From contig DOTV01000233.1 of the NCBI GenBank assembly GCA_003520925.1, positions 14,547 through 62,144 on the forward strand: a stretch of DNA of 47,598 bases. The letters are read 5' to 3'. Of this stretch, positions 28,444-37,775 are shown one piece after another (the first letter of the stretch is position 1; each line of letters opens with the position of its first letter). The notes under the pieces were generated by a model, which was not told the DNA's origin, did not search any database, and worked only from the letters and a program-made list of their open reading frames with translations. The position numbers and the translations under genes are program-made. This DNA is from Bacteroidales bacterium (lineage in GTDB: Bacteria; Bacteroidota; Bacteroidia; Bacteroidales; VadinHA17).

Positions 28444-28592
28444 GAGATTCCTCATTTTGCTGCGCTTCATTCGGAATGACAACAATTATTTTTTGGGATG
28501 GGGTAAGGCGAGAGCGGCGCTACCGCCGCTCTCGCCTTACCTCCATAAATCCAAATAAAGTACTGTCATTCCGAGCTTTAGCGAGGAATCTC
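28444..28592. repeat. Nested-palindrome MITE-like intergenic element
   Basis: The outer inverted termini are gagattcctc (28444) and gaggaatctc (28583). The inner pair is tcggaatgaca (28471) and tgtcattccga (28564). The centre is a perfect 18-bp stem, ggtaaggcgagagcggcg (28502-28519) pairing with cgccgctctcgccttacc (28524-28541), with a 4-nt loop. Confidence 0.6.
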
Positions 28593-28677
28593 TAATAAAA
28601 AATGACTGAACTAATGAACAAAAATACATGGATTCAATCTGCGGAATTCCTAATACTAATTAAAAAAATGTATACTG

Positions 28678-30474
28678 ATGAAAAGATTATCCTTGACTCT
28701 TCTGTTATTGCCTTTTTTTCTGACAGTTTCAGCTCAGTCAGAAAAGAAAATAATTATTCTTCACACAAATGATATCCACTCACGGCTGAACGGATATCCG
28801 CGTGAATCAACCTATTCTCCTCTGACAACAGGAAATGATTTAACAATGGGCGGATTCTCACGGATTGCAGCGATCATTAAAACTGAAAAAGAGTCAAACC
28901 CGGGTATAACACTTACCGTTGATGCAGGCGATTTTTTAGAGGGTACGCTGTTTTATGCATTGGAGGCTCAGACCGGCTTTCAGCTCAGCCTGATGAAAAA
29001 AATGGGTTATGATCTGGTTTCAATCGGGAACCATGAATTTGAATTTGGTCCGGAAAAACTGGCCGGGATAATCAATAAATCTGTTTCAAACGGACCAATT
29101 CCGAATATTCTTTCGGGCAATGCGCTATTTAGTTCCACTGACCCTGCAGATGACGGGCTGGAAAAACTCTATTCAGCCGAAGTAATAGGAAAGAAGCTCA
29201 TTATTGAAAAGGACGGTTTGAGGATTGGATTCTTTTCCCTTCTTGGTGTAAATGCTGCTGATGTTGCCCCGTCGGCAAGACCGGTTAAATTCGCAAAGCA
29301 GATCCCGTTTGCAAAGAAAATGGTAAAGGAGCTTAAAAGTGAAAAATGTGATATAATAATATGTGTTTCACATTCCGGAGTTACTAAGGACAAAAATGGT
29401 ATGTGGTCAGGAGAAGACGTTAAACTTGCTGAGTCAGTCCGAGGGATCGATGTAATAATAAGCGGCCATACCCATACGAAGCTTGACAAACCAATAATAA
29501 TAAATGGAATTCCGGTTGTCCAGGCAGGAGAAAATGGTCAGTATATAGGCAGGATATCTTTAACCTGGTCGAAGGGTAAGCTCGGACTGGATGATTACAA
29601 TCTGATACCCGCTGACGATAATATTTTGGGGGATAGTGAAGTTGAAGAATTAGTGAAGGAACAGCAGGACCTTATTACTAGGTTTATTCTATCCCCCCTG
29701 GGCATAAAATATTCTGATCCGGTTGCTGAAACTGACTTCCCTCTTGAATTTGACATAAACGGAGATCTGAGTGCCAGCAGTCTTGGCCCGATGGTTGCAG
29801 ATGCAATTCATTATTATGTTAATAAACATTCTGCCGATGGATGTGATGTCAGCATGGTGGCAGCAGGTGTTATCAGGGATAACTTTGTTCCAGGGGTGCT
29901 GTCGGCACCTGATATTTTCAGTGTTATGTCGCTCGGTACAGGTTCCGATAATATACCGGGTTATCCACTTTCGAGGCTATATGTAACGGGCAAAGAACTT
30001 AAAAATATACTTGAAATACTTCAGGTGGCTTACAAATCGACACCTGATAATTTCTGCTATTATTCCGGACTAAAGGTTGAATACAATCCTGGCAGGGGGC
30101 TGCTTAAAAAGTTAAGCAGGATTGATATCGTTCGTTCTGATGGTAGTATTATAAATGTCGGTTTCTCAAAAAAGAACAAGACCCTGTATTCAATAACTGC
30201 TAATTCTTACATGCTTGAATTTGTAGGGATTATTAAAAAGATGAGTTTCGGGCTAATTAATGTTGTCCCCAAGGATGCATCAGGGAAACCTGTTACTGAT
30301 ATGAAGAATGCCGTTATCGATATGAACCAATCCGCACCAGGTACTCAGGAGGGAAAGGAATGGCTTGCATTGCTTGAATTCATAAGTTCAATGAAAGATC
30401 AAAACGGAAATGGTATCCCTGATATTGAAAAGAAATATTCTGTTCCTGTAAAGACATTTTTCACGGCATTTTAA
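28678..30474 (+). CDS. Secreted bifunctional metallophosphatase/5'-nucleotidase
   Basis: It has a signal peptide and the motifs HTNDIHSRL, DAGDF, GNHEFEFG and GHTHT, plus a C-terminal 5'-nucleotidase substrate-binding region. Confidence 0.85.
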   Translation: MKRLSLTLLLLPFFLTVSAQSEKKIIILHTNDIHSRLNGYPRESTYSPLTTGNDLTMGGFSRIAAIIKTEKESNPGITLTVDAGDFLEGTLFYALEAQTGFQLSLMKKMGYDLVSIGNHEFEFGPEKLAGIINKSVSNGPIPNILSGNALFSSTDPADDGLEKLYSAEVIGKKLIIEKDGLRIGFFSLLGVNAADVAPSARPVKFAKQIPFAKKMVKELKSEKCDIIICVSHSGVTKDKNGMWSGEDVKLAESVRGIDVIISGHTHTKLDKPIIINGIPVVQAGENGQYIGRISLTWSKGKLGLDDYNLIPADDNILGDSEVEELVKEQQDLITRFILSPLGIKYSDPVAETDFPLEFDINGDLSASSLGPMVADAIHYYVNKHSADGCDVSMVAAGVIRDNFVPGVLSAPDIFSVMSLGTGSDNIPGYPLSRLYVTGKELKNILEILQVAYKSTPDNFCYYSGLKVEYNPGRGLLKKLSRIDIVRSDGSIINVGFSKKNKTLYSITANSYMLEFVGIIKKMSFGLINVVPKDASGKPVTDMKNAVIDMNQSAPGTQEGKEWLALLEFISSMKDQNGNGIPDIEKKYSVPVKTFFTAF

Positions 30475-30475
30475 G

Positions 30476-32110
30476 CTACCATTTACTGTAAGGATTGTCG
30501 ACAACTAACCTTGTCTTCCTGTTTGCTACAGTATAACCGATTCCATAGATTGCTTTTGTAACAAGCTCCATCTTTTCGTAATCGAGTTTATCAGCAATAT
30601 CTTCAGGTTTATGATAATCTGTATGCAGTCCTGTCGAGAAGAATAGAACAGGAATGTCCTTCTTGACAAAATTAAAATGGTCGCTCCTGGAGAAAAGCTG
30701 CAGCGGGTGATTCCTTCCGCTAAGGCTGTAATCAATATCGATAGGGGATTTTTTATCAACCTCATCAGCAATTGCGACAAGCTCCTTGCTCTGGTTGCCA
30801 GTTATTACAAATACACCGTTTTTCCCAGTCATAGGATTCTCACTTGTCGTATCGGCTACTCCTTTTACTCTTCCTATCATATCTATATTGAGATCAACCA
30901 CTGTGTTTTCGAGAGGGAAAAGTGGGTTACTGACATATGATTGTGAGCCAAATAAACCAATTTCCTCACCAGTGACCCATAAAAACAGAATCGATCTGAG
31001 AGGCTTTTTTACGAGGCTTTGAAATGCCTGTGCAATTTCAAGCATTGCAGCACAACCAGATGCATTATCATCCGCCCCCGGAAATACTTTATCTCCTGAT
31101 TTCCCTACATGATCAGCGTGTGCTGAGAATACTACCAGTTCTTTCTTAAGCTGTGCATCACTACCTTCGATCCAAGCAGCGACATTATAAAGGGTAACCT
31201 CTTTGGTATCTGACACCTCAGTAATTCTTAATTTCTTACCAGTTATCACGAAAGACTGTGGTTTCAGGTTCGCATCAATCGTTTCCTGCAGTTTTTCAAG
31301 AGTATGTCCTGTTCCCCTTAACAACTCATCAGCAACCGACCTGTGAACAAAAATTATTCTGGGCATTGCCGGCATATCAAATACCAAGGGCTTTGACCCC
31401 TTCAGATACTTGCTCGATTCTAATTCGTTAGCTATACCGGGATACTGCTGTTCTATGGATGAAAATCCGGATTTTGGATCAGAAACAATAATAATTGCCT
31501 TTGCCTTGGAGAACATCAGGGCAGTAATCTTCGCCTGAATGCTCATAAATGAAGACCAGATAGGCTCCTCAAAAAGATATTTTGTACCATCCTGAGATAG
31601 TGGAGACCTGTTCATAAGAAGAAGTATCTTTCCTTCAGGTGTAATATTTTCCAGATCATTGTATTTGTATTTGTCAGCTTTGATTCCATAACCGACAAAT
31701 GCAACCTCACCTTCAACTTCAAAATCTCCAGCACCTGCAGGAAAAAGCTGGTACATTGGTTCAGTAATCTTAACAGAATCCATGCCTGAACTGAATACTT
31801 TTATCATTGATTTCTTAGGGTCAATAAATTTCTTCATAATTGAATATGGCTGAAGATAGCTTGATCCGTTGGCAGGCTTCAGATTCATCAGACTGGCCTG
31901 TGAAACAATATAGTTCAATGCAATCTCAAGTTCTGATTCCCCGTTCGACCTGCCTTTCATTGACGGTGAAGCAAGAAAGGAAACATGTGCCCTGAGGTCC
32001 CCGGAATTAATCTTGCCTGTACCCTGATTAATTTTTTGGGAGAAAGAAAGAGATGGAATTACAACAATTGAGATTATAATAAAGATTGAAAAGGTTTTCA
32101 ACTGTTTCAT
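30476..32110 (-). CDS. M28 family metallopeptidase with PA domain
   Basis: It has a signal peptide and the zinc-ligand motifs HADHVG, DDNASG, GEEIGLFGS and DMIG. Confidence 0.85.
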   Translation of the reverse strand: MKQLKTFSIFIIISIVVIPSLSFSQKINQGTGKINSGDLRAHVSFLASPSMKGRSNGESELEIALNYIVSQASLMNLKPANGSSYLQPYSIMKKFIDPKKSMIKVFSSGMDSVKITEPMYQLFPAGAGDFEVEGEVAFVGYGIKADKYKYNDLENITPEGKILLLMNRSPLSQDGTKYLFEEPIWSSFMSIQAKITALMFSKAKAIIIVSDPKSGFSSIEQQYPGIANELESSKYLKGSKPLVFDMPAMPRIIFVHRSVADELLRGTGHTLEKLQETIDANLKPQSFVITGKKLRITEVSDTKEVTLYNVAAWIEGSDAQLKKELVVFSAHADHVGKSGDKVFPGADDNASGCAAMLEIAQAFQSLVKKPLRSILFLWVTGEEIGLFGSQSYVSNPLFPLENTVVDLNIDMIGRVKGVADTTSENPMTGKNGVFVITGNQSKELVAIADEVDKKSPIDIDYSLSGRNHPLQLFSRSDHFNFVKKDIPVLFFSTGLHTDYHKPEDIADKLDYEKMELVTKAIYGIGYTVANRKTRLVVDNPYSKW

Positions 32111-32240
32111 GGATTTATTTTTTTCTGGCGATAAATGTAGAAAAGAATTTCCTTAAAAAACTAAATCCATAAGCTATAAAGGTGATTTAAGTCTGGATTT
32201 ATAGTGCCTTTAATTGAAGTAAAAGGAATGATTTATTTTT

Positions 32241-32248
32241 TAGCTTTG
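32241..32248 (+). promoter_or_regulatory. Bacteroidota -7 box (TAnnTTTG) upstream of the TerC-family gene
   Basis: TAGCTTTG lies 17 nt upstream of the ATG at 32266. Confidence 0.4.
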
Positions 32249-32265
32249 CAGATTAATATAATTTT

Positions 32266-33216
32266 ATGGAACCAGGTATCTTATTCTGGGTAGTATTTAC
32301 AATAGTAATTGTTACGGTGCTTGCTCTCGACCTCGGAGTCCTGAACAGGAATCCTCATAAGATTAAACTCAGGGAGGCACTTATTTGGAGCGGGATCTGG
32401 ATATCCATCGCACTGATTTTTAATGTTTTTGTTTATTTCGAGTTCGGCAAGATCAAAGCTCTGGAATTTCTTACGGGCTATCTCATCGAGTACTCTTTAA
32501 GCATTGACAATATCTTTGTATTCATTTTGATATTCTCATATTTTGCGGTTAAGCCCCAATATCAGCATAAAATACTGTTCTGGGGTATTTTAGGGGCATT
32601 GATAATGAGGGGGATATTTATTTTTGCCGGAGTCGCATTGATAAACAGGTTCCATTGGATCGTAATTATTTTTGGTGGTTTCCTTGTATTTTCCGGGATA
32701 AAAATGCTTTTTCAGAAAGCGGATGCGGAAGTTGAGCCTGAAAAAAATGCACTGGTAAGGATGTTCAGGAAGTTTCTGCCGGTAACAGACTCACTGCATG
32801 AGGACCACCTGTTTGTAAAACAGAATAGTAAATTGTATGCAACACCATTATTCCTGGTGCTGCTTGTAATTGAATCAACCGACCTTGTGTTTGCTGTCGA
32901 CAGCATCCCTGCAGTTCTGGCCATCAGTAAGGATACATTCATAGTTTACACCTCAAATATTTTTGCGATACTTGGACTTCGTTCACTCTATTTTGCAGTA
33001 TCTGGGATTATGGGATTATTCAGATTTCTGAAAGTGGGACTGGCTATAGTACTCTCATTCGTAGGCTTGAAAATGCTTGCCTCTTATTTCCATATTGAGA
33101 TACCAATATTAATATCCCTTGCAATAATAGTTACAATACTTCTATTTTCTATAGTCGCATCTGTTATCATTAAAAAGAAAGAATCCCTTCCTGATCTGAT
33201 AAAACGTGAGGATTGA
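32266..33216 (+). CDS. TerC family integral membrane protein
   Basis: 316 aa and polytopic. The TerC-like segments EYSLSIDNIFVF and ESTDLVFAVDSIPAV form a duplicated motif. Confidence 0.85.
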   Translation: MEPGILFWVVFTIVIVTVLALDLGVLNRNPHKIKLREALIWSGIWISIALIFNVFVYFEFGKIKALEFLTGYLIEYSLSIDNIFVFILIFSYFAVKPQYQHKILFWGILGALIMRGIFIFAGVALINRFHWIVIIFGGFLVFSGIKMLFQKADAEVEPEKNALVRMFRKFLPVTDSLHEDHLFVKQNSKLYATPLFLVLLVIESTDLVFAVDSIPAVLAISKDTFIVYTSNIFAILGLRSLYFAVSGIMGLFRFLKVGLAIVLSFVGLKMLASYFHIEIPILISLAIIVTILLFSIVASVIIKKKESLPDLIKRED

Positions 33217-33302
33217 AATACTTTTTGAACAAAGTATTAGTTTTACAATTCAATAATGTGAAGGATTTTATTTTCAAACAGATTTTCTAAGGGCGAACGG
33301 GA

Positions 33303-35849
33303 ATGATTTCGCACAGGCAGAGACCAGCCACTCCGTGGTTATTAATTGTTCTTTTTATAATTATTTCAGCAAGCAGTATCTTGCTGGGGTTAATATATTA
33401 TAAAAGCCAGAAAGCAAGACTTCTCAAGGATAAGAATCTTGAACTTTCAGCAATTGCTGACTTAAAAGTAAGTCAGATAGCTCAATGGCGCAATGAGAGG
33501 TTAAGTGATGCAGTTCTGATAGGGGAGAATACGCCCTTCATTAAACTTTTATACGAGTTTCTTCACACTAAGGATAATAATGAAGATCTCCGGGCTGAAA
33601 TAACCACAAGTCTGAGATCACTAACCAGAAGCTCTGAATATAAAAATGTGCTCCTTATCGATTCACTTGGTACTGTCAGGGGTTACTATCCGAACAGGGA
33701 CACAATGATTGGTGAGCATATGAAAACCATGTTCCCTGATTTGCTTAAGCTTCAGTCAGGCATTCTTACCGATTTTCACAGGGCAAGTACAGTTAACTAT
33801 ATTCATCTTGACCTTGTTATTCCACTTATCAATACATGGCAAAAAGACTCTTCGGTTTTCGGATTACTTGCAATCAGGGTCGATCCAAAAGAGATTCTTT
33901 ATCCATTGGTTCAGGTATGGCCGGTGCCGGGCAAAACACCTGAATCCTATCTGATAAGACAGGAAGGTGATAAGATTCTTTACCTTAGCGAGCTGAGATT
34001 TAAAAAGAATTCCGAGCTCGAACTCACCAAAGCACTTTCAGAGGAAAATCTTCCTGAAGCTATGGCGGTACGCGGTATTGAAAGTACACTTAATGGAATC
34101 GATTACAGAGGCGCTTCTGTGATTGCAGCTATGAGAAAGGTACCCGGATCACCCTGGTTTATGGTAGCAAAAATCAGCCACAGTGAGGTCTTTACAGCTC
34201 TTAACAATCAGATGACAATGATTGTTATAATAATCATTCTTTTTATCCTCACCATTGGACTTGTGCTTGGAACTATTGAATGGAACGAAAATGCCAGATT
34301 CTATCGTGAAAAATATGAAACCGAGCTTGATCATCTGGCTTTGCGCAAGCACTTTGATTATATACTAAAGTATGCTAACGATATAATTCTGCTCACCGAC
34401 CGGAATCTGGTCATCATTGAAGCAAACGACAGGGCATTTGAGGCATATCAGCATGACAGGAATGAGCTTATAGGCATGAATCTTGCAAAGATAAGGGCTG
34501 CTGAGGCTGTTAAGGACCTCGAGAATGAGCGCAGGATTCTGGACGAAAAGGGATATTCAACATATGAAACTGTGCATGTCAGGAAAGACGGCACACTGAT
34601 GCCGGTCGAAATAAGTGCCCGAAAAGTTGAGATTGAGGGAGTTAAGTATTTTCAGTCGATTTGCAGGGATATTACGGAGAGAAAATCTGCAGAGGAGACT
34701 TTAAGGGAAAGCGAGGAGAGGTTCCGCAAGATTTTTGAGGAGAGCCCTATAAGCATTGCAATGACAGGAAAGGATCTCTCAATTATCCGTGCCAATTCTG
34801 CATTCTGCAAGATGCTGGGATACAGGGAGGAAGAATTGAAATCAAATATGATCAGGAGTTTTACTCATCCGGATTATAATGCCGGAGATGATATCTCTCT
34901 TCTTCGCCTTGTTGCCGAAGAGATACCGGTTTACCATACCGAAAACAGGTATATACGCAAGGATAAAAGTGTTATCTGGGGTTCAGCGACTATAAGCATT
35001 ATAAGGAATAACAATGATGAGGTTCAGTATTTCCTGGTGATGATTGAAGATATTACTCTCCGAAAAATAGCAGAATCGGAGCTTATTGCTGCAAAGGAAA
35101 AAGCTGAAGAGAGCGACAGACTCAAAACTGCATTCCTTCACAACGTTTCGCATGAGATAAGAACGCCAATGAATGCCATTATTGGTTTTTCTGCACTTCT
35201 TAATGAACCCGACACCACGGAAGAAGAAAGACACCAGTTCATCGACATCATTTTTCAGAGCGGAAGCCAGTTACTCTCTATTATAAATGATATAGTTGAC
35301 GTAGCAAATATAGAAAGCGGTCAGGTTAAGCTGAATATAAAGGAAGTGAACCTTAATACATCTTTGAGAACCCTAGGCGAGCAATTCAGCTATAAGGGAA
35401 AGCCAGATCTTATATCAATTAATTTCGAAACCGGGCTGCCAGATGATAAATCATTTATTTTTACAGACGGTGTAAAGCTGATTCAGATCCTTTCAAACCT
35501 TATTAATAATGCAACCAAATTTACCAGTGAGGGTCGGATAGATTTCGGATATATAGTTAAAGAAAGCGCTCTTGAATTCTTTGTAAAGGATACAGGAATA
35601 GGGATCCCTCCTGAACATCATGAAAAAATATTCGAAAGATTCTTTCAGGTCGATAACGTTATCTCAAGAAAATTCGGAGGTACAGGACTTGGTTTGTCGA
35701 TATGCAAAGCTTATGTAGAACTTCTTGGTGGTAAAATATGGGTAACCTCAAAGCCTGGTGAAGGAACTGATTTCAGGTTTACGGTACCCTACAGTTCTCC
35801 GCAAAAGCAGATTCAGAAGGAGAAAGACAAGGTAAAGGATAAGAAATAG
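33303..35849 (+). CDS. PAS-domain sensor histidine kinase (no receiver domain)
   Basis: Two TM helices flank a ~270-aa extracytoplasmic domain. Two PAS modules follow, then the H-box HEIRTPMNAI and the ATPase boxes LINNATKFT, DTGIGI and GGTGLGLSICK. Confidence 0.88.
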   Translation: MISHRQRPATPWLLIVLFIIISASSILLGLIYYKSQKARLLKDKNLELSAIADLKVSQIAQWRNERLSDAVLIGENTPFIKLLYEFLHTKDNNEDLRAEITTSLRSLTRSSEYKNVLLIDSLGTVRGYYPNRDTMIGEHMKTMFPDLLKLQSGILTDFHRASTVNYIHLDLVIPLINTWQKDSSVFGLLAIRVDPKEILYPLVQVWPVPGKTPESYLIRQEGDKILYLSELRFKKNSELELTKALSEENLPEAMAVRGIESTLNGIDYRGASVIAAMRKVPGSPWFMVAKISHSEVFTALNNQMTMIVIIIILFILTIGLVLGTIEWNENARFYREKYETELDHLALRKHFDYILKYANDIILLTDRNLVIIEANDRAFEAYQHDRNELIGMNLAKIRAAEAVKDLENERRILDEKGYSTYETVHVRKDGTLMPVEISARKVEIEGVKYFQSICRDITERKSAEETLRESEERFRKIFEESPISIAMTGKDLSIIRANSAFCKMLGYREEELKSNMIRSFTHPDYNAGDDISLLRLVAEEIPVYHTENRYIRKDKSVIWGSATISIIRNNNDEVQYFLVMIEDITLRKIAESELIAAKEKAEESDRLKTAFLHNVSHEIRTPMNAIIGFSALLNEPDTTEEERHQFIDIIFQSGSQLLSIINDIVDVANIESGQVKLNIKEVNLNTSLRTLGEQFSYKGKPDLISINFETGLPDDKSFIFTDGVKLIQILSNLINNATKFTSEGRIDFGYIVKESALEFFVKDTGIGIPPEHHEKIFERFFQVDNVISRKFGGTGLGLSICKAYVELLGGKIWVTSKPGEGTDFRFTVPYSSPQKQIQKEKDKVKDKK

Positions 35850-36017
35850 CCATAAGTCTGAGAATACTAAGTTCCCTGCCCATCAGAAAGTCCTGGTTTT
35901 GTCAAAAACAGGATAAGATAAACTTCAGAATCGGGAAATTTTCGTATTTTTATGATTGAATCCATTAAAGGATCAGGTCAAAGCTTTCTGACTGCAATTA
36001 TTATATAGTTTGTTACA

Positions 36018-37571
36018 ATGAAAAAAGGAAACGAGTTCAATATATTCCTGACAATATGTTTTCTGACCCTTTTTATTCCGGGGTGCGTAATTGTCAGACC
36101 TCCTAAGCTGACAACTGCACTGGTAACCGAGATTGGGCCTTCAGGCGCCACCGGAGGAGGTTTTGTGACCAGCGACGGCAATTCTGACATTCTTGTAAGA
36201 GGTGTCTGCTGGAGTACTAAAAAATCACCCGATGTTAAGGATCCAAGAACAACTGACGGATATGGTGAGGGAGTTTTTACCAGCAATATCACTGATCTTA
36301 AATCAAATACTTTGTATTATGTCAGGGCGTATGCTGTAAACAGTGAGGGTACTTCCTATGGCAACCAGGTTACTTTTACAACAAGCCTTTATTCTGGTCC
36401 CGAGCTGACAACTACATCCATAACCGGAATAACACAGACTTCTGCAATATCAGGAGGTAACATTACATCAGACGGCGGGGTTCCGGTGACTGCAAGAGGA
36501 GTATGCTGGAGTAGCACAAAAACTATTCCTGATATAACGGATTCAAAAACAACCAACGGGTCAGGAACCGGTGTGTTCACCAGTAATATTACCGGGTTGA
36601 CAGGCAATACGACATATTATGTCAGAGCTTATGCAACAAACTCACAGGGAACAGGTTACGGTGCAGTGCTTCAATTCAAAACCAGTCCTTTACTTCCTTC
36701 CGTTACAACTACGCAACCAGCTTCAACTTCAACTACTACAGGAACGGGAGGCGGAACAGTGACAAGTGACGGAGGCGCGACGGTAACTGCACGGGGTGTT
36801 TGCTGGAGCACATCTGCCAATCCTACTGTAACAAACAGCCATACAACAAACGGAACAGGGACAGGAACTTTTACCAGCAACATGGCTTCACTTGCTGTAA
36901 ACACAACATATCATGTAAGAGCCTATGCTACAAACAGTGCCGGAACAGCATATGGCAACGATCTGACTTTTACTACAGATCCGCTGACTGTAAGTGATAA
37001 TGATGGCAATACTTATAATGTAATTAGGATTGGAACACAGGTTTGGATGAAGGAAAACATGAAAACGACGAAATTAAATGACGGAACAGCAATTGCTTTG
37101 ACTGAAAGCTCCTCTGCCTGGAGCAGCCTTACCACGACCGGATATTGCTGGTACGGCAACAATGCTTCAAATAAAGCCGCTTACGGGGCATTATACAACT
37201 GGTACTCAGTTAATACAGGCAAACTTTGTCCCGCCGGATGGCATGTAGCAACTGATAATGACTGGCTTACACTTAAGGATTATCTTGGCGGAGAACTTGT
37301 AGCAGGAGGAAAACTGAAGGAGACCGGAACATCCCACTGGTCCTCTCCAAATACTGGTGCTACAGATGAATACAACTTTACTGCACTTCCCGGTGGTTGG
37401 CGTACTGATGCAGGAACCTTCCAGAACATTAACGGTTTTGGCTACTGGTGGACTTCAACATCGATTTCCCCGAATGTATGGTACCGTCATATACAGAACG
37501 ACAGCGAAAAACTGTTCAGGGCCACCAATAATGAAAATTATGGAATGTCGGTCCGTTGTGTCAAGGACTGA
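36018..37571 (+). CDS. FISUMP-domain lipoprotein with 3 N-terminal repeat modules (P1)
   Basis: It has the lipobox IPGC, three ~94-aa modules and a C-terminal TIGR02145-like domain (DNDGNTY..IGTQVWM, YNWY, CPAGWHV, SVRCVKD-stop). Confidence 0.8.
   Translation: MKKGNEFNIFLTICFLTLFIPGCVIVRPPKLTTALVTEIGPSGATGGGFVTSDGNSDILVRGVCWSTKKSPDVKDPRTTDGYGEGVFTSNITDLKSNTLYYVRAYAVNSEGTSYGNQVTFTTSLYSGPELTTTSITGITQTSAISGGNITSDGGVPVTARGVCWSSTKTIPDITDSKTTNGSGTGVFTSNITGLTGNTTYYVRAYATNSQGTGYGAVLQFKTSPLLPSVTTTQPASTSTTTGTGGGTVTSDGGATVTARGVCWSTSANPTVTNSHTTNGTGTGTFTSNMASLAVNTTYHVRAYATNSAGTAYGNDLTFTTDPLTVSDNDGNTYNVIRIGTQVWMKENMKTTKLNDGTAIALTESSSAWSSLTTTGYCWYGNNASNKAAYGALYNWYSVNTGKLCPAGWHVATDNDWLTLKDYLGGELVAGGKLKETGTSHWSSPNTGATDEYNFTALPGGWRTDAGTFQNINGFGYWWTSTSISPNVWYRHIQNDSEKLFRATNNENYGMSVRCVKD
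36102..36977 (+). repeat. Three tandem in-frame ~94-aa coding modules (period ~98 codons) in P1
   Basis: Each unit carries GG..TSDG....(T/V)(A/V)RGVCW ... FTSN ... YYVRAYA.NS.GT.YG. Confidence 0.8.
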
Positions 37572-37775
37572 AAATATTTTAGCGGGTTTACTCTAGCCGG
37601 CAGTTCATCATAAGTTTTTCACTTGTGATCAAAATTCCTTTGGAGCAGGGAAAAATCAGAGTTTTATTTGCTGTCGATTATTTTTCGGGATTTTCAAGGA
37701 GATCTGAAAAAATTTTTGAGACACAATTTAAATATCAGAATTTAGTTTAAAACAAGTAAATAATTCTTTCAACAG

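Noticed and set aside
32111-32265. A yybP-ykoY manganese riboswitch upstream of the TerC-family gene.
   Set aside because: The 155-nt leader is very AT-rich and lacks the conserved GGGGAGUAG and GAGACC-type cores or obvious four-way pairing. Only a -7 promoter box is visible.
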